Source: Vitrella brassicaformis CCMP3155 | Lineage: Eukaryota > Protista > Chromerida | Assembly: GCA_001179505.1 (NCBI GenBank) | Contig: CDMY01000729.1 | Span: 1 to 26,443 of the forward strand | Length of the DNA stretch: 26,443 nt | Direction: 5' to 3' | Translations under genes and position numbers: made by a program | Shown: positions 1 through 10,399 of the stretch, one piece after another | How the letters are laid out: the number at the start of each line of letters is the position of its first letter | Position numbering within the stretch: the first letter of the stretch is position 1 | The notes under the pieces: generated by a model | What the model was told of the DNA's origin: nothing | Database searches by the model: none | Seen by the model: the letters and a program-made list of their open reading frames with translations, nothing else

Positions 1-712
1 ACCAACGCAACGAATGCATTGATATATCCAGGTCAATCACGCATCGGTCCGTCATGATAACGCAGAGACACGGCAGAAAAATTTGGTAGTGGGGGGGCGT
101 CACCACACCACACTCCCACCCACCTGCCCCGAACCTCCGCAAGCTCGCTCTCCCTGCGTCACGTCCCTTCTCCTCCTTCCTTCTTCATTCTCTACTGCGA
201 CGCTCGGCGATCGTAGGGCGAGCCTGCACGAGCCTGCGGCGAGCCTCGTATTCCAGGGCGAACTTCGCTTCTCCCCTCAACCAAAACAAAACTGCGTGGA
301 AATATAATCACAATGTTCTGGCACGCATGTCTCAACTCATGAATAAGGCGGATTGTCGAACAATGCGGTCGTTGAGGAGAAATGACCGATCTCTCACATA
401 TCCTTATGGGCGATCGAGCAGTAAGCATAGGTGAATTACTGCTTTCTCGTGCGTACAGTACTCGCACGTGCAAGGCACCGCTTTGTCTGTCTTCCCCTCC
501 CCCCAACACAGCGAGTCCTCTGACAGCTCCCCAACCTAGCAGGCGATGGGTCGTATCGCGGTTTGCGTCTAGGTTTGACAACACAGTCGGAGGCTTCCCG
601 CGTGCAATGATGAAGCTGTGAATTGTATGTAGTTGAAGGAATGTGAGACTGTGTCTTGATCTTCCCCCTCCGCCGTCACAGCGAGTCTTCAGGCGCCCAT
701 TTGGTTGTGTGG

Positions 713-820
713 GTCTGTGGTCGGCGTTCTCTTTCCTGCCTGTGACTATTGACTCATGGAACCTGACCTTCTGCAGCCCCCTCCTGCATTGAAGGGGGAG
801 GGAGCGACATTGCGTTGTCC
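713..820 (+). repeat. Dispersed repeat family A, copy 1
   Basis: Aligns ungapped to 14202-14309 over 108 bp with 17 mismatches by eye, and to 8018-8100 with an internal deletion. The core is CCCTCC..CATT(G/C)AAGGGGGAGGG. Confidence 0.85.
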
Positions 821-1042
821 TCGTGAACATCTGCTCTCATGTGCCGTCACTCCAATCACTCATCAAAAACGGCCGATTCTCGGCTTCTGGACCAGTTGCA
901 CCGCTCATGACTGAGTCCTTTTTATCCGCTCTCCCTGGATTCACGCAAAATACGTCATCGCCTGTTTCTGAGACATTGATGAGTGTTGGAACAAAATAGT
1001 AGGAAAAGTCGCTAATCAGCGCGCTTTTTTTTCTCATCGTAT

Positions 1043-4000
1043 ATGTGTAAAACACGACAGAGCTGCGTCCTTGTCTGGGCGATTTTCATGATCAGCCCCT
1101 CCTTCGTCTGCGGACGAAACCAGGAGAATATCCTCCGCGGCTATTCTGAAGATGCCAGGATCGCGTCCCATTTCGCCTATATCCACCCACAACCGGAGGA
1201 GTCATTTGTCTCGCCCTTCACCTCCATTATTATGCGACCTGGTGCGCTGCTCTGGAACGACCAAGGACCGCTACAGCAAGTGGTCAGAGAGTCAGTTGAA
1301 GTGGTGATTGAAGGAGAGCAAAGTGGCATCAGGGAGGCCTTGACGACCATCAGCCGGGACAATGTGACGATTGTATTTGACGTAGGGGGTGCCTTTGTCC
1401 CCGGTGAGCGGGTCACAGTCTCTGTGAAGGAAGGCATTACTCTCGTGCCAATCGACCAGCAGCATGGTGGTGAGCGGGAAGTGCTGGGTGCCTTCTCGTG
1501 GCGATTCACCATCGCGTCAAGAAGGACAGCTGTACACTATTTCCGCGCCATGAGAGAGCTGGCATCCACTCGGAGCATGATGGAAGCCCGCATCGGTGGC
1601 GCGGGCGAAGATGAAAAGAACAGACTTCTGACGGACTTCAAGCATCGTGATGCCAGACGCGAGCTGGGTAGGAAAAGGAAGAAGGCGGTGCAGTCACTCT
1701 GGTTTATTTCTCTTTCCAGGGGTCTATTGGTCATCCCTGCCCGAGAATTCGACAGCAACCGCCAAGCAGAGGGTCATCAAGGCCTACAAAACGCTCCCTG
1801 AGGACTATCCGGCTGTCGATGTGTTGGTGCCGCCAGTCAAGGGGAAGACGGCCGACGGGTAATAGCGCTGCTTGCCTATCACGCAGAGACGCGACGACGC
1901 TGATTCATCTTCAGTTTCATCGTGGTTGCCCCTCTCCGCCACCCGGACGTATCGGTGCACCAGTACCTTCTGATCATAGACGAAAATGGAGAGCCAATAT
2001 GGTGAGAGCGCGACATGAAGGCCCCGCCCCGTCTTTTTACTTATCATCCCTCTCTGCGTGTGCTGTAGGTTTGACCGGTTCCCAAATGCTAATGACGGGT
2101 GGAACGGCTGGTCCACACGAGATTTCAAAGTTCAGGATAATGGACTGCTGTCGTACATATCTGCCACAGGTACGCACAAGCGCCCACGTTTTATCTATTT
2201 GCATAGACGCACATGTGTATACAGGTGGGTGGTCTGTGTTGGACCATTCGTACGAGGAGGTGCGTCACATCCGGCCCAAGAACGGATACATCACCAACGA
2301 CCACGACATGAAAATACGAGAAGATAACCATGTAACGCGTCGCAACAACACGTACTGCGACGCCTACCCGTGAGTACGCAGTGCAAGACACGTCCGTCTC
2401 GCTGGCTGCATGCAGGTATTGCTCTTGGCCTACGACCACCGCGGGAACGTGAATTTCCTGTGGCGCGGGACGCAGGTCACTAATGTTCTGGGATTCGTAG
2501 TGCAGGTGAGCTACGAATCTGACCAACGCTGCGTTGCATGTGTCTGCCGCTGTGCAGGAACTCGATGACGAAGACAACCTCGTGTGGCAGTGGAATGGCT
2601 GGGTGGGATGACGAGAGATGATAAACTTGTGGCTAAAACAAGACTGAAAATGGCGTGTTTACTATCGTCTCTCCCATGTCAGGACCACATGCATGGCGCT
2701 ATGCAGGAGATTCAGAACACGACAGGACAGGGATTCTTTGACGGAGAAGGATTCTTTGACCAACTGCAGTATGTCAAACGAAAGAGAGAAATTGTTGTGG
2801 GTGCATTATCATAATTTAGTGCAAATTCTGTCGCGTGGACACCCGACGGCCACGTGCTGGTCTCTCTCCGGCACCTCTCACAAATAATCAAAATCAACAG
2901 GAAAACGGGAGCCATCATGTGGAAACTGGGTACAGACGTGTATGGGTACACACATACATGTTACATGTCTGAATAATGACGTGCGCGCGTTCAGGTGGTA
3001 TCGATAGCGACTTCAGCTTTGAAGGTGATGACCCTGGCCCCTCGTGGCAGCACGACGCCAGGCTACACGCAGGGGGTATCCTGACAGTTTTCGACAACGG
3101 AAGCGAAAGGCGCCCGCCTTGGTTAAGTCAAAACATACACGTGTATGTGAATGCATTCGTACGCTTTGGTTGCAGGTCGCGGGCGGTTGAGTACGAGCTT
3201 GACCAGAAAAAAATGGTGGCCAAGAAAATTTGGGAATATAGGGACAATCCTGACAGATTTGGAGTCGCCATGGGCGGATTTGATGTAAGTTCAGAACAGG
3301 CATCATCGAAGAGAGGTGCTACTCTTTGCGTCTCGTAGTATCTCGAGAATGGCAATCTGGTGGTGAATTTTGCTGGCGTTGAGCCCGACACGAACCCCTT
3401 CTACACAGAGGTCACACGGAGGGGGGAGAAGGTGCTGGAGCTGTCTGTCGAACCCGGTAGGTACGCATGCATCTGCGGTGCGGATACGTCTATATGTCCT
3501 TGCATGCACGTGTATGCTCACGTCCAGGGATGGCGTATCGTGCGATGAAGTACCCTTGGTGGGGCGTGCCGTCGACCAGACCGCAGCTCGTGATGGACGA
3601 AAAGAATGCCTCCCTTCATTTCAGTTGGAACGGGGCCACACACATCCATGAATGGAGGGTCCGTACGTACATACGTCTAACATGGAGTATCCTATCGTAT
3701 CCTGCTGCTGTTGCATGCAGGTGTATGGTGGCTTGGATCCCGAAACAAGGGACCTCATCACCTCTATCCCTAAGAAGCAATTCGAGCACTCCATCCTACT
3801 TGCGGAAACACCGTAAGCCTCACCTAGGCCTATGTGTGTGTTGTCCATCTACTTCCCATGGCTGTGTGCTGTAGCCACTCCCCGGTCAACTCCTGTCTGT
3901 ATTATCGCGTTGAGGCCATTGACATAGAGCACAGAGTCAACAGAACGAGCGCCACCTTACTGTCACCCTGGTGCTCCAGCCTGGGCGCCATGTGTCTCAT

Positions 4001-4563
4001 GGACGACGCAGAAAAAGAAGACTGCGCGGAGGACAAACCCTCTCTCGATGCCAAAGAGTGCAAGTCTCGCGGCTGCTGCTACCGGCCCCCCGCAGCGAGC
4101 AGTAAAGATGGTGTGCCATGGTGCTTCAGGCCGCGTCAGAGGGCACCTAATGGTGCGTGTGCGTCGGGAAGGGGGCGGGCAAATGCCAGTTGGAAAGGGA
4201 TACGGAGGGAACAATGTGTGGCACAAGGTGCGTGCTGGCGAGAAACGGACGAAGTGGGAGTGCCATGGTGCTTTCATGCCGGCGATACGTGCAGGCAAAC
4301 AGACACCACGAGGCATAGAGCGTGAGTCCACACGAGAGTATACGACGCACATGTATCTTGAGGTGTGTCGCGCAGGATTGATTGCGGTTACAGAGGCATC
4401 CACCCAAAAGAATGGTCAGTTACGCACGCAGCAGAACAGGTCAGTATGCCTTCACTGTGTCGCTCTGTGTCGCAACAGCATATCTCGCGGCTGTTGCTGG
4501 AGCAGCGAGCAGGAGTCGTGCTCTCTACCAACTGCAGACAATGCCTGGTCGTCCCGCTTTTGA
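1043..4563 (+). CDS. Secreted aryl-sulfate sulfotransferase-like protein (signal peptide, Ig-like domain, ASST domain, 3 trefoil domains); 17 exons, about 845 aa
   Basis: Hand-spliced exons: 1043-1667, 1720-1858, 1915-2001, 2069-2169, 2225-2331, 2416-2505, 2558-2602, 2683-2768, 2820-2929, 2995-3121, 3176-3284, 3339-3456, 3528-3658, 3721-3812, 3875-4321, 4376-4414, 4479-4563. They total 2538 nt, all introns are GT-AG and the frame stays open. ASST motifs: YLLIIDENGEPIW, NDHDM, QLHANS, SLRHLSQIIKINRKTG, WQHDAR, TVFDNG, AYRA, LHFSWNGAT. Trefoil motifs include RGCCY...GVPWCF. The N-terminus is hydrophobic (MCKTRQSCVLVWAIFMISPSFVCG). The extreme C-terminus is the least certain part. Confidence 0.9.
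3988..4563 (+). other. Three tandem trefoil (P-type) domains at the C-terminus of the first ASST gene
   Basis: Domain 1: CLMDDAEKEDCAEDKPSLDAKECKSRGCCYRPPAASSKDGVPWCF (6 Cys). Domain 2: CASGRGRANASWKGIRREQCVAQGACWRETDEVGVPWCF (4 Cys). Domain 3, after splicing two introns: CRQTDTTRHRAIDCGYRGIHPKECISRGCCWSSEQESC (6 Cys, divergent end). Confidence 0.85.
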
Positions 4564-5074
4564 CGCCGATCTGCGCTTGTCAAGATACGAGCTGACTGCG
4601 CAAAAGGGCCGGGTGAGACAGGGCTTGTTCGTGGTGGTTTGTGTTCGTAACATGGAAGGAAAGGTACTTCCACGAATTTGTGGGGGAGGGGATGGATTTT
4701 CCCTCCACCTACACTGCGTATTCCTGGGACAGAACTCATGAGTGACATTTACGTGAACACAAGTGATGTGGCAAGTGTTCTCTTTCGAAAGAGGGGAAGC
4801 AGAACACCTACACTCTGGCTGTGAAGGAGAACAGTCCAGCACACTTCTGCATGTACGCAGACTGCGCAAGCAACATCAGCAGACGGATTCCCTGAACACA
4901 ACAGGCTCTGCCAACGCTATCACCATGCCAAGTCACACATGCACACCTCACATCACACGCACGGCCCTGCCGGCACTTTCCTCAAGCTGTGATGCCGTCA
5001 GCCACCTTCTTTGATCAAAGATGCCTTGTTCGCTCAAGGATGCACGTGTAGTGAACGACACCTACATCATTCAC

Positions 5075-7620
5075 TTACGTACAGGCCGCTGAGGCAACGA
5101 CAGTCGACCGATCCATCTCTTCTCCCTTTGCGTCAATTGCCACAGCTTGAAAGTACATGCAATGCTCGCTTGCTGAACCAGGGACGTCGATCCAGTGTTC
5201 AAACTGTGTCTTTGGCATCTCCTCCAGCACCTCTGCCGGCTCGTCTGTGGCTCCAATCAGTATCCGCCATTTGCTTACTTCAGTAGCCCCGTTCCAGCTG
5301 AAGTGCAAGCGAACCGTCTTGTCTGGATTGTTGTTGTCCAGGAGAGCTGTGGGCTTCCAAGAGGGAAATCCGTGCCAGTCCGCCTTCACGGCGCGATATG
5401 CACGACGTCCTGAGTGCATTGTCAGTAGGGCTTGACTCTTTGCGTTGGTCTGCGTTTTGCACAGAGAAATATCCAAGGCGGGATCCTGTCGGTTTCTTTT
5501 TTCACATTGTTTGCTTGACCTCGATGTATATAGGATTGAAATTTCCCCCCAACACACGACCTGGGCCGATGACTCGATTGCCATTCGGCAAGCGCCGGTA
5601 GCTGCCCCATGAATGGGCCTTGACACCTATTTCATACGAGCCCACTAACGCTGCCACGGTTGGACGCCCCTGACGGTCAAACTCAAGCTTGTAGTCAACA
5701 GCACGGGAGCTGTTGTAAGAGGGATAGTTGATGGGGACCTGATCAGGATTCTGGCCAGCATTGTCAAAAACGGTGATTCGATTGCCACCGAGAGCCCTTA
5801 TGTCGTGTTGTCCCATGAAACTGCCATTGGGATCGTCGATAATTTTGAAGTTCCCACTTTCGCCTCCCAGCCGCCACTCAATTTTGCCGGTATCGCTGTA
5901 ATCCGAAAGGCAGTATGAATCCGATCGATGTATATGTGCTGTGCTACCTACACACTGACGTACCGGTTGATCTTAATTGCCTGTGAGAGCGCTCGCAGAG
6001 AGAGTATGATACCCTTGTCATCTGTCTCCTCCAAAGAGTTAGCATCTGATACACACAATACGCGTGAACGACGCAAACATACACGGACAGATTGAATGTC
6101 ATTCACGTACGTCCTAGGTCCCAAAAGCCGCCTTTATGCTTCTTCTGCTTTATATATCTCCTATGGGCAATGAAAGATGTCTCCCAGAAGGCACTCGGTA
6201 TGTGATCCCAGGACCTCCACTCAAACACCACGTCACCTTCAAAGACCACATACGAGTATGTCTATAGAGGACATATGCGGAAACTTACAAATCAAGTGCC
6301 TATATTCTATTTACTTGCCGGTGAGACCTCCTGTATGACAATGCCCACAGTCCATGTTTCCTCACCACCATCCTGCAGGTCCGGACGAATTTTCGTGGTG
6401 TCCAGCGGCTGCAAGTCATACCTGAGGGGCAAGAGGCGTGCTGGCTGATAGTCTGTCAAGCTCATCATATTTCTCAAGTCAGGACGGACTGACCCGAAGA
6501 GTAAGCCATTGCCATTCTTCGTGAGTTGAAATTCGTGACTATCGATGCCCTGTCCGTGCTGCGCAGAGAACGAAGCCGTCTCCTTGTAATCAGGGCCAAC
6601 AACACGGATAAACGGCCCTTCCCTACTGAAGACGAGCTGCCCCTGAGGCGTTGGTGAAAAGAGTAGAAAGCTGTTCTCCGTGGCGAAGACGGGATCGCCC
6701 TCGGACGTCATGATGATGCCATTATTGGGGCTACTCCATAGGAAAACGTACCCAGGCGCTAACTGGGACAAGTCACCCGTCCGGGCTATGTGCATGCGAG
6801 GGTACACCTTCGGAAGTGTGCGATAAGCAGAGTTGGGGGCAACGAACCTGCCGTCAGCATCACAACTGAGGCCGTCATTACAACGAAAGCCATCAGTCTG
6901 TGTTTCCAACTCATCCCATGTCTCATTCTTCGAGATGCCATCCAGCCAATACATGCCTGTGGCCTCGTTAAGCAATTCCAAAGTCTCAGGGTCCGTTTGC
7001 CCCTTATCCACTCGGGGTTGCGCCGCCTTGTGTCCGCTGTAGGTATCCAGGTTTCTCCACGACATCGTGAAATTCCATGCAGCAGCAGGCAGGATATCTC
7101 CCTCCGTCGTCTCTATACCAGCCTTGACACTCACAAACACCCTCTCTCCAGGGGCGAAAATATCAATTGGCTTGAAGAGCACAGTGCGTCCATCATCCAG
7201 TAGAAGCGCCTCTCCACTTGACCGGTCTCCCGACAGGTCCCCTGAAACTTCAATCTTGTCATGAATCGTATCCTCCCTAATACCACCCTGCGACCTGAAC
7301 CCGATGGTTGTGAAGGGCGAGACGAGGACAGCGTTGGGGAGCGGGTGAGCATAGACAAACGGGGTATTTCTCCACAAGGTTGCCAAATTAGGCGACAGCC
7401 CTGCGTCTTTGTGGATCGTCGTGTCATGGTCTCCCCTGAGTTTTCCTCCTCTCGCTTTGACTTCTTTTGCTGGGTCTAATCCCATCGCTTGCAGAGCAGG
7501 TAACAGCTGCTCGGTGTTGCGTCGAGCAGCCTCCGGGGCACTGATTGCAGCAGCCTCCTCCATAAGCCTCCATGCGAACAAGATGCAAACCAAAGCGAGG
7601 GAGAGGAGACCTCGGACCAT
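5075..7620 (-). CDS. Secreted aryl-sulfate sulfotransferase-like protein (signal peptide, Ig-like domain, ASST domain); 5 exons, about 754 aa; paralogue of the gene at 1043-4563
   Basis: Hand-spliced exons: 7620-6315, 6236-6111, 6045-5964, 5895-5520, 5449-5075. They total 2265 nt with GT-AG introns. Motifs: YRTLP, IDSHEFQLT, FEWRSWDH, LGHANS, SLRALSQAIKINRDTG, GQHDIR, TVFDNA, AYRA, LHFSWNGATEV. The N-terminus is hydrophobic (MVRGLLSLALVCILFAW). Confidence 0.9.
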
Positions 7621-7820
7621 CCTCTCCTACGTGAGGTAGATACATGAACGGGCGACGTGTATCATTTTATTTCACACGTCCTTCAAGTGTATCTAAGTCA
7701 CTGCCCGAAAGGCCTGCTACCTAAGCTGGCCTCCTGGCTGATCTCCAAAGTCCTTTTAAGGCCCGCGGACACAGACACAGACACAAAACACGGAGTTACA
7801 ACAGCACTGTCTGAGAGCAA

Positions 7821-7877
7821 CTCATGACCTGTCAGTACTCAGATGTGAAGTTGCTCATGACCTGTCAGTACTCAGAT
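7821..7877. repeat. Perfect 24-bp direct repeat (CTCATGACCTGTCAGTACTCAGAT x2, 9-bp spacer)
   Basis: Copies at 7821-7844 and 7854-7877, about 200 bp upstream of the - strand ASST start codon. Confidence 0.9.
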
Positions 7878-8017
7878 TCACATCCTACGAGCTACCACAA
7901 AGATATCTGCGTCACCGATCCCATGCACACGAGTGGAGAAGAGAAATGCGCGTGATTCGAACACCAAGAGAGTAGACAAACAGTACAGCACTTTTCACAG
8001 AGTCACAGCACCTAGCC

Positions 8018-8100
8018 TGTTCTCTTCTGCCTATGGTCATTGACCCATTGAAGCTGGTCTTGCACCCCATTCAAGGGGGAGGGGGCGACATTGCATTGTT
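8018..8100 (+). repeat. Dispersed repeat family A, copy 2 (more diverged, internal deletion)
   Basis: TTCTGCCTATGGTCATTGACCCATTGAAGCTGG..CCCCATTCAAGGGGGAGGGGGCGACATTGCATTGT matches the copies at 713 and 14202. Confidence 0.75.
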
Positions 8101-8768
8101 CGCCTCACCACGTTCAGGAGACAGTTACATTTTCTGACTGCGCCGTCTGTGCGGTCCCTTCACTCACTCTTAAAATTAGTCAATTCTCAGGTTCTCGAGG
8201 TGGGAGGGGCCCCCGAGTAATGGAGGGGGTCGTACGAAGAGAAGAAAGATGATAGGCAGGAAGATGAGTGCATGGTGCGTAGGATGGCGGTTGGGAGGCA
8301 GCTTTGCGCTATGCGGGGACGTGCCTTTCTTTGGCGCGAAGCTGCCATTGTGCTGCCTCCCCACATATCGACATCAGTGAGATCTTCAAATTGATCTGTG
8401 TTTCAGTGACCATTGTGCTCTCGTGTGCACGACTTGTGGCTCGCCGAAGCTCAGTCGCCCATCAAATACGCCAGAAGATTGAGAGAATAGTTCAGCTTCT
8501 CATTGATTTCGCATCGTGGAGGCACGTCCGGCCTGCGCCTGCATCTGCGTAGGCCACAGACTCACAGAACAATTACGTGGGACCATCTTTGCAGTGATTG
8601 ATTTGTCGTACTGCGTTCGCAGGACATCGATTAGAGAGGCCATCGGCACTCGTTGCCATTCACAAGGTAGAGATGGAATCTACACGACAGTGCGTTGCAG
8701 ATGTGGATGCGTCTGTGTGTGGCGTCTTTCAGAGGCTCATTGATTGTTGCAGAAGACAGAGGCTCTGA

Positions 8769-9520
8769 ATGTTCATTCAGTGCTTGGTTATGGAGGATGA
8801 TTTCGTTGACGGCTCCTTGGACTCGGATGACGATTTGCTCGCTGGCAACCGTCACGAGTCAGATGATGATTTTGTGCCTGAGGGGTTAAACGAATCTCAC
8901 GAGCCTGAGAGCGATGTGGCAGACCAAGATGCTGAAGATCGTGAAGAGCCTGAAAAGGAGCCGTCTCGAGGGCCAACGGCCCCGACCGGCACCGGCAGAC
9001 CTTGCCGTGTTGCCTGCATTGTAGGCGTCCTGGCCATAATTGCCGCACTTGTCCACTGGTGTGTCAGTTGTGCGAGGACTCGGGATGCCCGAGAGGTCGG
9101 CGGTGTCCTCAATTCAGTCAATATCGGGCTTATCGAAGCCGTACAGCGCAAGGACAGCGGCGTTCAGCAACCACCACTCGCAACAGCTCTCCGGCATCGC
9201 ATGTGGCAGCAATCGCGCTGTGGTTTCCTCGGTCGCTTCGAGAGGATGCAAGACATCGGGCAGGACGAGTGGACGAGTACCAGCTGTGGCGCTCGTCACC
9301 TGTGCATTATGGATGGCCATCCAACGCATCGGGCTGTGAAATACACGAGCTGGGCTGTGATGTGGCCAGCCGTCATTGCAGACAGCATCGGCCGGAGACC
9401 GATTGCGGATGCAATGAAGGTGTTGGACTTTTTGCCGCCATTAGTCACCGCATTTAGGGCGTCTGCAGGGCAGCTTTTCGACGTGTATAGCTTCCAGCAT
9501 GGCCAGAAGGTGCCTTGCCT
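8769..9520 (+). mobile_element. Degenerate transposase-like ORF: acidic N-terminus, CCHC zinc knuckle in a shifted frame, and a DDE (pogo/Tc1-like) catalytic fragment
   Basis: The N-terminus is acidic (EDDFVDGSLDSDDD...SDDDFVPE). A perfect CX2CX4HX4C (CLHCRRPGHNCRTC) lies in the 9002 frame. CIMDGHPTH and FLPP...QLFDVYSF resemble the DDE_1 motifs LLILDGHSSH and LPP..T..LQPLD..F. The match was made by eye only. Confidence 0.45.
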
Positions 9521-10399
9521 CCTCGGTGGCGTCCCGATGCAAGTGAATGAATCGTCTTTGTCTTTGTTGATGTCATGTACACACATGGCTGTTTCGTTTG
9601 TTTGTGTCCGTATGCAGCCTCCTATGGCCCAGTCAGTGTTTCGAGACATGACCATTGAGAGGGCCCGCTCGTTTTATCCTGTGAAACTGCGGAGGAGGGC
9701 GCATCCCTCCCGCCTACGAGGTAGGCGCCCGACGGAGAGCATCTTCATTCTAGGTCTCTCAGCCAAAGATAAGATTGGCAGTGTTGTTTCTCGTTAAAGA
9801 CAGCATCGAAGAGACATCACTGTTAAATCACTGCATCACTGCATTACTGTACAATACGGGCCTCACTGCAATACTGTCTTTGACAGCAATACTGTTCTTC
9901 ACAGTATGCTATCGGCCCTTTCTTCTCTTTCTCTTTTTTTCGGTACTCGAGCGCCCCAACCCACCAATGGACCCCTCATAGGATAGCTAGACAGTGGCCT
10001 AAATGGGTCTACTTAGCTATCGGCCCTCGGCCGGACCACTCCGAGGGCCTTGTCTTTGCTTCTCGATCGAGGAGAAACGCATGGGGTTTCTCATGCCTTT
10101 TCGGGTTCTTTCACACGTCAGCTTCTGTTCGTCTCGATCTTTCCCCTCCCCCCCGTCATTTGTCAGCAAAAGAGCCCTGCCACTTGGGACGTGCGCGACA
10201 CCAAAATAAAAAAGGCAGGCACAGGGCGTGGCAGGTACGAAAAGGCGATTGGAAGGGAGGCATGCAGAAATGCATGAAGGGAGACAGACTGGGATAGAGG
10301 GAGGGACGGCCAAGAAAGACACAATATACATGAATGCTACACCGGTGAAGGCACAAAAAAGCTGACAACGTGTTAAAAAGCCCTATGGTGCGACACAAG

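Noticed and set aside
653-678. 26-bp similarity (3 mismatches) to about 10131-10156
   Set aside because: It is short, C/T-rich and does not extend, so it may be chance.
192-830. 212-aa - strand ORF with a faint resemblance to a retro-integrase H.Q.NG motif
   Set aside because: It overlaps repeat family A, the other copies do not keep a comparable ORF, and there are no D-D-E motifs.
1729-1801. Apparent end of the 252-aa ORF 1043..1801 as a standalone small protein
   Set aside because: It is read-through into intron 1668-1719. The real frame continues as YKTLPEDYP after splicing.
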